A DNA stretch of 64,000 bases, taken from assembly GCA_040954595.2 (NCBI GenBank), contig CM082581.2, forward strand, positions 1,356,699 to 1,420,698. Direction: 5' to 3'. The notes beneath the pieces are model-generated. The model was not told where the DNA came from. It did no database searches and worked only from the letters and a program-made list of their open reading frames with translations. Source of the stretch: Balanoglossus misakiensis. Lineage: Eukaryota > Animalia > Hemichordata. How positions within the stretch are numbered: the stretch's first letter is position 1; the number at the start of each line of letters is the position of its first letter. Shown here piece after piece: positions 1 to 11,525 of the stretch. Position numbers and translations under genes: made by a program.

Positions 1-2507
1 TGTCATGCAGACAATGTCACGTGTTGTTCCATGACCAACCAAACAACAAACTCATGTCCAAATCAATTAAATTCCAAAGAATGCTCCAAATATGCAGAAT
101 TGCCACGCAAGTCGAGCATACTTAAGCACTCTGCACAACTGAAACATAAAATCCAAGCTTTTAACAATACAACAATAAACAATCCATTCTGATCGAATTA
201 ATGACCAAATAAAACGAAAAACACAACTCGACCCACAAAAAGTATACGAAGCGCTTTTAATCGCTCATTAATGTTTGATCTCGAGGAGACGTGTTAAAAA
301 ATCCGCTATGAAAAGCAGGGGAGAACAATAGCCTATTTTTACCAGGTAAACAAACACCAGGTAAAAATCCACCCATGCTTCCAGACCGCTCTAGGATAGT
401 GATCCACCCAATGAAACTGTATCTCTTTAACTTTAATTTGCAAACTCGTGGAATTGATCATTTTATAAATCGCTCCATTTTGACGTTTTCTCTGTGGTTT
501 GTTAATACAAATTTTGTCTGTGCCAAATCTGTCCTCTAATACTGTCACTTGTATTAGAGTTCAAATAACACAGAAGTATAATACAACGTTTTGAAAAAGA
601 CAGACATTTTTCGTGGGAACGGTGATATACTTAGGCCACACTCGAGCTAAAAACAAAAGTCTATATTTTATCAAAAATGCCTTGGACGCACAAACATCTA
701 CAGGATGTGGAAGGGGCGGGTCAAAACCGCGATCTACAACTGTGCCTCCCCCCCCCGGCTGTCTTGCTTCTATTTGGAGTGTCAATGTGTGATTTAGCGT
801 TGTTTGCGGCAGATACTAAGCTTTGTTCTTGTTTCACTCCATTTGCTGCATTGTGCTGTGCTCTGGTATTTCTCCAGGGTCTACGGTTACACTATAGGCT
901 GATTAGTCGTATCTTTACTACACAGACAAAAAACTTCGAAGCTTTATGTCTGTGCCTTTTATGAACAAGCATCGTCCGATTCGAATTCGACTCGTCATCG
1001 GTAGCTATGTTTATTTCGCCCTTGGAGACCTCCCCTGGCCTCGTTAGGATGACTGTTACCAGGACTACCTTAAACCAATCTTTTCGAACCGGACGGTACA
1101 CACGACATGTCTATGTTAATTGTCCAGGTACCAGAGTGTACGTGTGGGCTCCCTAAACCCCTCATTGGCGGCCGGTCCCTGTCCGAATAAACACGTTTGA
1201 CAGACAAAAAATGATGAACAAGTGGCTTACTTCAATACTTCGTTAACTAGACGGCTGAACTCTGAATGTTGATTCAGCAAAAAAAATGTGTTTACGGCAA
1301 GGTTTTGATCAATACGACACATTTACCATTGAAAACGCCCAAAGTAAGTGGGGGCGTTTGACCATCAATCAAACCCACGCCCAGGTGCATGTGAACGGCC
1401 GAAGCAGTGTAACGTTTCACATTCCGTGCAACGTCCGACACTGTGTGAAAGCGGTTGCTGTCGGGTGGCTTGACCTAATTTTCGTACATTGATATGCATT
1501 TGACACCTCACTACCTGTTTTCTTAATATTGCTAAAACTTTGCGTTGAAATATCACTGAAATGTTGATGATCCACGCACAAGTCGTCTACCCCGGTATGA
1601 AAAGCTTTTATACAAGAAAACTAATTGCACATGACCACCAAGGTCATACCGCAAGGTGTGTCTAAATGTCAAGGAAGGACATTGGGAGGGGGGACTTGGG
1701 TCGAGAACGACCATGACGGAGGAAAAACCGACAAGTCATTGTGTAACCTGTTTACTTGCCAATAGTCAAACGTCAAAATTTACTCTCAACTTGGTTGCAG
1801 ATCGAGTCTCCCGAATTTCCAACTTTTATGATTGGGTAAATACCGATATGCGACTGGTATGCGACGCGTTGACGACGCGAAGATTTTGTTGAAATCAAAT
1901 GGTTTGTCAAATGTCATCTCACAGTGGAGATACCGTGGTCATCTGACATGAAAGGGTTCGATTGGGTCTGACCGCCGTCGTTCATCCATGCTTAGAAAGC
2001 GGCGATCATGGTACAATGTAAAACCAAGGTCAAACCTTACTGAACACATGTATTGCATGGAGAAACTTTTCTCCCTGTCTGTGTACTGAACACGTACCGT
2101 GATTGCCATAGTTACAAACGTTACCACGTGAGAGAGAGTGCATTTTACATCTGTCTTTTCAATTTTGTTGCTTTCTTACTATTCGGAATGATGGAGTCGA
2201 AACGAAAACTTTTTGCTTCAGGTGGACCTAGGGGAAATACCTTATTTGTGACTTTTTTCATGACCCTAAAAAGACGTCGGAATTAATGTGGCTGAGGTCA
2301 CTCAGGACGACGGAATGGTTGAGCGATTTTATTTTATGAGCTCCCACTAGTATTTGTTTTATTGTTTCGGCAGTGTGTCGCGTTATTCGAGCAATCTGCA
2401 GTCTGAAAACGAACGGTTTTCAAAGTTTATAACAGAAGAACAGGGGTTTAAGCATGAAAGGTCCTGTTGTCTCCCTCGCTGTGTTTGTGTCACTGTGTCT
2501 TTGACGT

Positions 2508-2706
2508 CTGACTGACTGATTAACTGGCTGACTGACTTACTGACTGTCTGTCAACGTCGGTCTGTCTGACTGTCTGCCCCCTCTCTCTGAGAGAGAGAGT
2601 GAGCGAGCGAGCGAGCGAGCGACCGATGAGTGTCTCTACTGATGAATGTTGCTCTGTCTGTCTGCTTGTGTCTGTCTGCCACTCTGCCTGTTTCACTCTG
2701 TCTCTC
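2508..2706. repeat. Compound degenerate microsatellite (TGAC)n/(TGTC)n/(GA)n/(GAGC)n
   Basis: ctgactgactgattaactggctgactgac..., ctctctctgagagagagagtgagcgagcgagcgagcgagcga, ctgtctgtctgcttgtgtctgtctg read directly. Confidence 0.85.
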
Positions 2707-3039
2707 CTAATTTCTTTAAATTTAGGGATATGCTATTAATGCGATATGAAAGTCAGACACGACGGAAACCTTTTATTCTCAAAACTGTCTGTTGTTTGCT
2801 GTTAAATATTGCAAAAGGTTAAGGGCCCTTTTCGCACGAGACACATGGCTTTGCAGCCGTAGCTCCCAATGTCATAACGATTACCCGAACTACCATAATT
2901 TTAGCCCGCCGACCCAAAACAGTTTAGATCTTCGTTAACCGGAAGTAAAAATAACGATGTCAAATATACAACAATTCATGAAAATTGCGAGAATCACGCA
3001 AGAACTATGATGTCATTCTTCTACACTACGACGGCCAAA

Positions 3040-3137
3040 GATATAAAAAAATTGAAAAATAAAAAAATGTCCCTTTCTACCTACCCTATTTTTGAAAACC
3101 ATGTAATCGGAATAGCACATATTAGTTTTTTTGGCCT
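3040..3137. mobile_element. Possible terminal fragment of a MITE
   Basis: cctaccctatttttg...atattagtttttttggcct resembles, from memory only, the ends of short DNA-transposon repeats in marine invertebrates. No matching opposite terminus was found. Confidence 0.25.
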
Positions 3138-3485
3138 GAGACATATCCAATTTCCCAACTGAACATGACACGTGATCAAGCATTTTCGACTTATCAGATG
3201 CAATCGCTGAACACCTCACACTAAGCGAGGTTTTGTCTGTCTTTATACGCGCCCTTTGTATTTGTGCGTGACATGTCCAAGCCTTGTTAGGATCTCCCAT
3301 AAAATTCTACTCAATGATGTATACTTTCATACTTACGACTGACAGGTATTTTCAGCGTTGCCAGCTGATTGTTTGTCAGGTACCGCTTTATAACAAGACG
3401 CCCCTCTGAGTTGATAACCTGCAATGTAACATCATTCAATTGGTCTAGTCATGTTAGCATTAGTAAAATGCTTCAAAAGTGTTAA

Positions 3486-3776
3486 AGGGACATGATACAA
3501 GACACCGTTTATGTTAGTGAATGAACGTTCAACCACACACAACTTCCATCCCGCTTGTATGATACGAGAGTAAAAACCCGCCCGAAATGAATAAATGGTA
3601 GAGACCGTTTATTCATTTTGGCGACTTTTTAAAACTCTCGTGTCTATACAAGCGGAGTGGAAGGTGTGTATGGTTGAACGTTGATTCACTATATCCACAT
3701 GTAGAATAATATAAACGCAGTCTTGTATCAAACATAATTAATGGAAAAAGGGCAGCGAGAGAGAGACTTTGTCCCT
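3486..3776. mobile_element. Foldback MITE, Kolobok-type (TTAA TSD, AG...CT termini)
   Basis: ttaa|AGGGACA (TTAA 3482-3485) ... TGTCCCT|ttaa (TTAA 3777-3780). The body is a long imperfect palindrome (tgatacaagac/gtcttgtatca; aacgttcaacca/tggttgaacgtt; aaatgaataaa/tttattcattt) around the loop tggtagagaccg. TTAA TSD with RR...YY ends is the Kolobok signature. Confidence 0.8.
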
Positions 3777-4013
3777 TTAATGAATACAGCCACAATGTTC
3801 TGTTTATATCTACTGACGGACCAGGCATGGATTGTCACGTATAATTCTTTGAAACGTTTGGTCCTCTGAAGAAATCTGAGCACTCATCTACTCAGTTTGC
3901 TTATTTTGTCTTCCTCCACCAGTCAGTGGTATCGTCCGATTTGATACTCCACTCTAAGCCTCTTTCTGAATGGCTATTTAAGTTGTGATCTGTAAGTCTT
4001 AAACCTTTCATCA

Positions 4014-4033
4014 CCCCCCCCCCCCCCCCCCCC
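4014..4033 (+). repeat. poly(C) tract, ~20 nt
   Basis: Homopolymer read directly. Confidence 0.9.
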
Positions 4034-4575
4034 GTTTCCTCTTTAGAGGTCCAACATTACCATAGAAAACAATTGGTTTTGACTGAACCATGTTGGTGAA
4101 AGGGCTAGGGTCAATTCAACTTACCTTCTGGACATTCATATTTCACAAAGGGTGTTCCAAACAGTGCTCCAAGATCCAATTGCTGTTACAAATAAACAAT
4201 AAGTTAGCTGCCAGTACACTCAATGATGTACGCGCAGAACGTCAACTGGTAAACAGTGCGCCTGTGTCTCTTCCCATAGGAGTACATGGAGAATAGTTAG
4301 AAAACTCCCTTCTATTATTGTCATTTTCAGGAAATTTTACACATAGCTCCGACAAATCAAAATAAATTCACCACGGTCTATTTTGAGATAAACTTTGTTC
4401 AATATTGTATCCATAGGCAAACCATTGGTAGAAAATGCTGACCGTCAGCAGTTTTCTTCAATTATCGACTAAATTCACGGCCTTGTTTAAAGTCGAAAAC
4501 AAGTGCAGTGACCCAAAATGGATTTTCATTATACATACAAATCAGAAACGAAAATCCACGATTAAAAGAAATGAC

Positions 4576-4873
4576 AATACAAAACACCGTTTATGTTAAT
4601 GTAAATGTGGATATATAGTGATGCAACGTTCAACCGCACACACCTTCCATCCCGCATGTAGACACGAGAGCGAAAACTCGCCAAACTGAAAAATCGGTCT
4701 CTACCATTTATTCATTTTGGGCGAGTTTTTACTCTCATATCATACAAGCAGGATGGAAGTTGTGTGTGGTTGAACGTTCATTCACTACATATACACATGC
4801 CCATTAATATAAACGGTGTCTTGTATCAAACATTATTAATAGAAAAGGGCGACGGGAGAGAGAGTTTGCCCCT
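4576..4873. mobile_element. Second copy of the same foldback MITE, opposite orientation, left end eroded
   Basis: Same palindromic arms. Central loop cggtctctacca is the reverse complement of the first copy's loop. Ends gagagagtttgcccct|ttaa (TTAA 4874-4877). Confidence 0.75.
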
Positions 4874-5616
4874 TTAAGGCGACATGATGCATGAAGTGGC
4901 GAGAGATAAACGCGACTGACCACCGCATTAAACACTGTCAAGCAAGGCACTTCAAATGCCAATTGTTTAAGTGTGTACTAAGTAATAGCTTCATGTACCA
5001 TGTCCTGGGGGGGGGGGGGGAGGGGTCAAATCACAACAGTTGGACATGTACGAATATGAAGAGACGATATCAGTTTTTTCATGTCTTCCTTTAGTAAACA
5101 ATCTTTTTTGAACTTTGTATAGAATTCATTGAACTTTACTTTAGCTTATGAACTCTCATTTGCACATCGTCATCTTGAAATTGTGTCGACTTTATCATAA
5201 GGTTTTTATAACTCAACTAGGTCGCAAAACCTATTTAAGTTAGTGAGAATAGGACGTTCACCTTTTGGGTTGATGGCTACAGACATTAATCCTGACTCAT
5301 ACACATGTTGCAGCCAGTATACTCTGCAGACATTGGACACAATAGTTTTACTAACCATTGGATTTTATTGGACCATCAAGTTTATTGACCCATGACGTTC
5401 ATATAGATTGTATGACACGACTGACGCTATAATCGGTCCATACCTTCGGCGAGCCAAGTGTTTTATAACATCATAAGATATTAATACCTATCACCCAGTC
5501 AAACCATTTCAAGTTATACAATTTCCACGCCAATAGGACGCCTTTAGGTGGAAATGCAACCAGGTATCCTGAATAGGAAAATATTCCGGGTATCTGTCAA
5601 GTTTAGTCCCATATTT

Positions 5617-6219
5617 AGGGGACCAAGAGCCCTCAGGCGCTTGGTCCCCTTCTGTTATTGCTGGAGTTTGTCTTCTTTCTTCTTGAGTCGGTTTTTTGCG
5701 CCCGTTTTTCTCTGAAATTCCGGCAGGTGCGCCTTCCAAATTTGGCACGGTGGTTGGGGCCCATAGTACTGGTGCACCAGCCCTTTGAATTTGTAATTAG
5801 TCACGTGACTTTGTTGCTATAATCGAGCGAAATTTTCAAATTGACCTAATTTGCACGTTAATGGGGGCATGTACATTCTTTTCGCGATTTTTGTAGACCA
5901 TGTGGCCAAAATCCCCTGTGCCAAATTTCAAGGTCCTAGGCCACGTCGATTTTGAGAAGAAGATTTTTGTAATATTTTTTCGCTTTTTTTGGTGGGCTGA
6001 GGACGGACACTGGGGCATCGGACTTTGACCGTCATTACGTTATGTTGTGGAGATCTCATTAGCAGGCTACTCACTTCTGGCGGGTTGCAGTAGTCCTTGG
6101 AAAATCGGCTGAAATACGTAAACAGACCAGTGATTATTTTCCACGGAATGAATTTTGGGACAACACATTATCGGAGTTCAGGCTGTGTTAGGGCGTTTTA
6201 TTGAATTACGCTGAGTTTG
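5617..6219 (+). mobile_element. Non-autonomous Helentron-type element (HINE/DINE-like) copy A, 5' segment
   Basis: Starts after TT with the palindromic subterminal repeat AGGGGACCAAGAGCCCTCAGGCGCTTGGTCCCCT followed by (CTT)-rich sequence. Colinear with copy B 9446-~10035. Interrupted by the LINE at 6219/6220. Confidence 0.8.
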
Positions 6220-9200
6220 GATTGGCTACTGTGTTACCACTGAAATTTCTCATAGCAATGTTCTTTCAATTTCGAGTCTTTGCAATGTTGTTGACTCCGA
6301 CCATATTCCTGTTTCAATAGAGGTTCATTTCAACACTTCTGCTGATGAAAGCTTCAGCAGTAGTTCCTTCAAGCAATGTAATTTTCGAGTTGATTGGAAA
6401 AAATTGTCACAGCAGAATATATCCGCCTACACCGGTTGTACCAAAGCCAAGATTGATAAGATTAATTTATCCGAAGAGTTATTCTGCACTAATGTGAACT
6501 GTACAGACCCTTCGCATTTACAGGCAATTGATACTTGTTATAGTAGTATTGTGGACGCATTGAATTGTGCTGCAAAAGATACCATTAGACGTAAGTTTCA
6601 CCAGAAAGTTCATGTTGTGCCTGGCTGGAACGATTTTGTAAAAGAAAGTCACGACTATGCCCGTTCCATGTTTTTATTATGGGTTAATGTGGGTTAACCT
6701 AAACAAGGCCCGCTTTTTGAAACCATGAAATTTTCCAGAGCTCGTTTTTAGTATGCTTTACGTGCTTGTAAAAAGATTGAGAATCAAAATAGGGCTGACA
6801 AGATGGCTGATAATTTACGCTGCCACAAACAGAACGACTTCTGGGAGGAAGTCAGAAAGCAAACTAGCAGAAAAACGCCGCTTTCTGACACTGTAGGTGG
6901 AGCGACTGGTGAGAGTGAAATTGCAATTATGTGGCACAAGCATTTCAGTGATATTTTGAATTCTGTCCAGGCTCAGACTGGTAAAAATGACATCGAGGAG
7001 AAAATGAAGTATGTTAAATTTTCTTCTGATATGTATGTTTCTGAAGACGAAGTAATTTCTGCTATACATAAGTTACCTGATGGTAAGACAGCTGGCATTG
7101 ACAATATTTTAGCTGAGCACCTCAAATTCTCAGACTCCTCTATTTTACCCTTTTTGACTTGTTGTATTAATGCAATGATTGTTCATGGTTACCTGCCAAC
7201 TGAGGCTATCAATGTTAATTTAGTTCCAATTATTAAGGATAAAACTAAGCTTTGTAGTGATGCCAGTAACTACCGGCCGATAGCACTAGCAACTGTTTTC
7301 TCTAAAGTTTTTGAGCATATTTTACTTTCTCGTTGTGAGGAGTTTCTTACCTCTCATTATTTACAATTTGGTTTCAAGCGAGAACATTCAACTGACCTGT
7401 GTTTATTTGCATTTAAAGAAATCATTAGCTACTACACCAGCAATGGAAGACCAGTGTTTACTTGTTTTCTGGATGCTTCAAAAGCTTTTGACAGAGTTAA
7501 TCACTTTAAACTGGTTATAATTAACAAGCACATCGACAGGAATGTTCCCTTGTATGCTGTACGAATTTTATATTAATGGTACAGAAATCAATTGTTTACT
7601 GTGTTGTGGGGTAATGAAACCTCAGAGTTGTTTTCTGTTTCTAACGGTGTAAGACAAGGGGGGGTACTCTCTCCCTATCTTTTTAATGTCTACATTGATG
7701 ATATTATCAATGCACTCTGTAAAGCCAAAGTTAGCTGTACCATGTGTGGTGTCAGCGCTAACACTTTAGGTTACGCTGACGACATGACTCTACTCAGTCC
7801 AAGTATTAAGGGTCTACGCCGTCTTCTTAGAATTTGTGAAATTTACGGCAAGGATTATGATATCATTTATAATTCTAGTAAAACTGTGTGCATGCTTTTT
7901 AATGGGAAGAATATGAGCGTTCAAAGAATTCCTTCGGTTAAACTTAATGACATCACTTTAAAGTTTGTACCTGTACACACCTATCTGGGCCATGTTATAT
8001 CTTGTGATGGTTGTGATAATGAAGATATTGAACGACAGAGAAGAGCATTTTGTGTAAGAGCAAACATGCTATTGAGACATTTTCAACATTGTAGTCAAGA
8101 TGTGAAGAAAGTTTTATTTTTGGCATATTGTAGTAATATTTACTGTTGCAGTTTGTGGGCATCCTTTAAAGTTAAACCGATGAAAAAATTTAAAACTATG
8201 TACAATAATGTTTGCAGAAGATTTCTCGGTCTTCCGCCATTTTGCTGTGCATCGGGTATGTTTGCTACAAACCATGTACATGTATTGTCACTTGGTGAAG
8301 TTTTTAGACGCAATATGTACAGTTTTAAGATGGGTCCCTGGGATCTTTTTGCTCGTTGCTGTGGGCCTTTATAGGACATTACACCCCGATTTGGACTAAG
8401 CCGTTTTCAGAGTCTAACAAGGGGCTGGTAACTAGTTGAAAATCTGCACGATTATGTGCACACCCCCTGTCCGAGTATGTTTACGGCAGCTACCACCCGG
8501 CCATAGGCCGCCACGCTAATACGGCAAAGCAGCGGTCAGCGATAGCGTGCGCGTCCTGTAACCACAGTAACTGGATCGAACGCTAAAAATCCAATGTTTT
8601 GTACACAGAGATTTTGTACCGTTCACGAAAATCCCTAAGGCTTTTTTCATAGGCCACGTACGCCAGTCAAATTTGACCTGCTTGTTGAGAACGCACTTCC
8701 GCACAGTGTGACGGATCGTTTTTTCGGTTTTCGTCGTGCTAAGAAGCGATACCGGTGGAAGAGTGCGTCCAAAAACACCCAAAATCGATGACTTTTTCAG
8801 GTGTGGTACGGGTATGCTGAAATCTTAGGATACAACGATAATATTCGAAAACAAAATCCGTCACGATCTTCCCTGGTTCAAGCAACTAATGAATACGTAT
8901 CAAGTTCGTTTTTGAGGTCACGGAATAAAAAGCCTTAGGCTTTTGAAATTTGACCTAGCTAATTTTCATATCAATGGCGTCAGGGGGCGCGCGCTCACAA
9001 TCGTGCAGATTTTCAACTAGTTACCAGCCCCTTGTTAGACTCTGAAAACGGCTTAGTCCAAATCGGGGTGTAATGTCCTATAAAGGCCCATAGCAACGAG
9101 CAAAAAGATCCCAGGGACCCATCTTAAGCGTAGACTCGAAAATTCTTCTAATGTTTTACTTGATGCGATCTGTTCATCAGATAGAGCGACTGACAGCATA

Positions 9201-9239
9201 TTTTTCAAACATTGGCGAAAGCAATTGTATATCATGTAA
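6218..9239 (+). pseudogene. LINE ORF2 pseudogene (C-terminal APE endonuclease remnant + reverse transcriptase), RTE-X-like, copy 1
   Basis: One reading frame from WIGYCV..SDHIPV (APE C-terminal motif) through VPGWND, NYRPIAL, QFGFK, FLDASKAFDRVNH, GVRQGGVLSPYLFNVYID, YADD and YLGH. Premature stops at 6695, 6749 and 7574. Interrupted by the MITE at 8329-9123; removing it restores ...MYSFKRRLENSSNVLLDAICSSDRATDSIFFKHWRKQLYIM* (TAA 9237-9239). Clade assignment is by motif resemblance only. Confidence 0.9.
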
Positions 9240-9350
9240 GTTTTTTTTTGTGTGTGTCTCAGTGTCAGATTATTATTATTGTTTTTTTTTCTTCTCTCTT
9301 TTGGGTATATGGACTTTTTTTAAAGTCTGAAATAAAGAATTGTTATTATT
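6220..9350 (+). mobile_element. 5'-truncated non-LTR retrotransposon insertion, copy 1
   Basis: 3' end tctgaaataaagaattgttattatt (AATAAA + ATT-repeat tail). The flanks rejoin to the empty site gctgagtttgttagctgttgcc seen in HINE B at ~10026-10047. TTTG occurs at both junctions (short TSD or microhomology). Confidence 0.88.
8329..9123. mobile_element. 795-bp non-autonomous TIR DNA transposon, Kolobok-type, copy 1
   Basis: 125-bp TIRs (8329-8453 / 8999-9123, one mismatch seen). Termini GATGGGTCCC...GGGACCCATC, TTAA duplicated at 8325-8328 and 9124-9127. GA...TC fits Kolobok RR...YY rather than piggyBac CC...GG. No transposase. Confidence 0.9.
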
Positions 9351-9445
9351 TGTTAGCTGTTGCCATTCAAATGTGTCTACGCAAACCCGGCTACACTGGC
9401 AGTGGGCTTTGACTCTAAGTCGCTAATGTTGTGGGAGGTTTCATT
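9351..9445 (+). mobile_element. HINE copy A, internal segment between the LINE tail and HINE B
   Basis: tgttagctgttgccattcaaatgtgtctac...gtgggaggtttcatt matches B-internal ~10034-10150. Confidence 0.8.
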
Positions 9446-11525
9446 AGGGGACCAAGCGCCCTCAGGCGCTTGGTCCCCTTCTGTTATTGCTGGAGTTTTT
9501 CTTCTTTCTTCTTGAGTCGTTTTTTTGCTCCCGTTTTTCTCAAAATCGACTTGGCCTAGGACCTTGAAATTTGGCACGGTGATTGGGGCCCATGAGTACT
9601 GGTGCACCTGCCCTTTGAATTTGTAATTAGTCACGTGACCTGGTGGCTATAATCGAGCGAAATTTTCAAATTGACCTAATTTGCACGTTAATGGGGGCAT
9701 GTACATTCTTTTCGCGATTTTTGTAGACCATTTGGCCAAAATCCCCTGTGCCAAATTTCAAGGTCCTAGGCCACGTTGATTTTGAGAAGAAGATTTTTGT
9801 AATATTTTTTCGCATTTTTTGGTGGGCTGAGGACGAACACTGGGGCATCGGACTTTGAACGTCATTACGTCATGTTGTGGAGATCTCATTAGCAGGCGGG
9901 CTGCAGTAGTCCTTGAAAAATCGGCTGAAATACGTAAACAGACCAGTGATTATTTTCCACGGAATGAATTTTGGGACAACACATTATCGGAGTTCAGGCT
10001 GTGTTAGGGCGTTTTATTGAAATAAGCTGAGTTTGTTAGCTGTTGCCGTTCAAATGTGTCTACACAGACCCGGCTACACTGGTTAACATTCAATGTAATG
10101 CGGCAGCGGACTTTGACCCTTAGTCGCTAATGTTGTGGGAGGTTTCATCATTAGCATGGTAGTCACATGTAGTGGATAGTAGTTCGGGAAATTGGCCGAA
10201 ATACGTAAGCAGACCAGTGATTTTCTTGCACGAAGGGAGTATAGTTCCATCAGAGATCAGGCTTAGTTGCCGTTCAAAAGTTCCTACTTCAGTCGTGACG
10301 TTGCAACTGGACGTTCAGTATTGGGTTCGGCCCGCAGGTGGCCGTGGGGGTTATCAGGTCCCCCGTAATGGCACGCAGCTTCATGCAGCTGTATGGGACC
10401 AAAATAATACGCCCGATTCGGGGGTCACCTGTGACACCGTACCTGCGTAACTCTATTATGTGCATGCGTAATTGTGGGGTCAATGAAAGGGATGCTAGCG
10501 TGGTATTTGTTGCACATGGATCAATATGAAGTCCGATTTTCCTGTCAAGTTGTGGGCGACCTTATGTGACATTTCACCTACTTTTGCTTAGTGAATAACA
10601 GCAGATGCATGCAGCTTTGGCGTGGTGGGGGGGGGATATACGGATGGGACCATAATGATATACCAAAGGCGGGGTCACCTGTTGCACCTGCCTAAGTCTT
10701 TGATTTTGTACATTTAATTGGACACTAACCAACAGGGCGATATGTGTGGTTTTTGTTCCACAGGAACGAATGTAAGTGTCAGTTGTTTTTTGCCCAAATG
10801 TATAAGGTGATTTGGATGACCTCTGTCGTACAGTGCCATATCTCAGCACGTTGTACAGGTGCAGCTTTGGTATTTGGAGGGATGAAACTATCATAAAATG
10901 CCAAATACAGGGGGATACCTGTGACACCTGCTTGATTCATGTATTACGTGCATACCTAATGGTAGGCAAAGTGAAAGGGCTGCACATGTAGGATTTGTTG
11001 CACATGACATAAGCAGGAATGAAAAATTGTTGTCAAATATTTGGGTGACCTCAGGTGTCCATTGACCTGCTTTCCATATGTTAGCATGCACATCATATAT
11101 AGCCAGGTGTTTGGAGGGGTAGGGTAGGACCCTCTGCGTCATGAAATGCTAAATTCCTGGGGCCACCTGTAACTTACTTGCGTAACTCATTATTATGGCC
11201 ATATCTAATTTGACCAACCCAAACGGCGAGGACTTTCCGTTGTCTTGAATATGAACCAAATAAGAATCCTAATTTTTGGCCCAATTTTTGGGTACCCTCA
11301 CCTGACCTTTGAAGTACTTACTGAAGTACTTACAACGGAGAAGTTCACCTTTGGTTGTTGTGTTTGTACTTGTAGGACATGCATTTCGGGTGGTTGCCTA
11401 CTTCCCCATATCTCAACATCGAGAGCAAATACAGCCTACGCATTTGAATGGTACAACCCTGAATGGATTCTAATGGTTATTAACTCTATGCTTGGGCCCC
11501 TTCAATGCTGCTTGCAGCTTTAATT
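9446..11525 (+). mobile_element. Full-length 2080-bp non-autonomous Helentron-type element (HINE) copy B
   Basis: 5' palindromic subTIR AGGGGACCAAGCGCCCTCAGGCGCTTGGTCCCCT. 3' subTIR GCTTGGGCCCCT (11490-11501, 11/12 inverted match) followed by the stem-loop GCTGC-TT-GCAGC (11507-11518) and TTTAATT. Inserted at a TT; the empty site ggtttcatt|agcattgt is seen at 14632/14633. Length confirmed by offsets 5187-3107=2080. Confidence 0.88.

Noticed and set aside
1010-1075. Faint resemblance to antisense U1 snRNA (cgcccttggagacctcccctggcc)
   Set aside because: Only a few short word matches; no 5' ATACTTACCTG or Sm site.
5007-5025. G-run as a functional G-quadruplex
   Set aside because: Isolated homopolymer-like tract with no supporting context.
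339-5100. Short ORFs of 60-95 aa in the unique region
   Set aside because: No recognisable domains and they overlap on both strands. Small exons of a spliced gene cannot be excluded without RNA data.
6803-8374. Functional RT gene, retron/DGR, or telomerase-like enzyme generating the adjacent satellite
   Set aside because: Motifs, APE remnant and AATAAA/(ATT)n tail identify an ordinary LINE. It has multiple stops and a MITE insertion, and no satellite template is seen in it.
8329-9123. piggyBac element (TTAA TSD)
   Set aside because: Termini are GA...TC rather than CC...GG, which fits Kolobok better.
9528-9550. HINE B ccgtttttctcaaaatcgac resembles satellite ccgtttttttcaaaaatcgac (possible satellite origin)
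   Set aside because: About 20 bp of low-complexity AT-rich match that does not extend; insufficient to claim ancestry.
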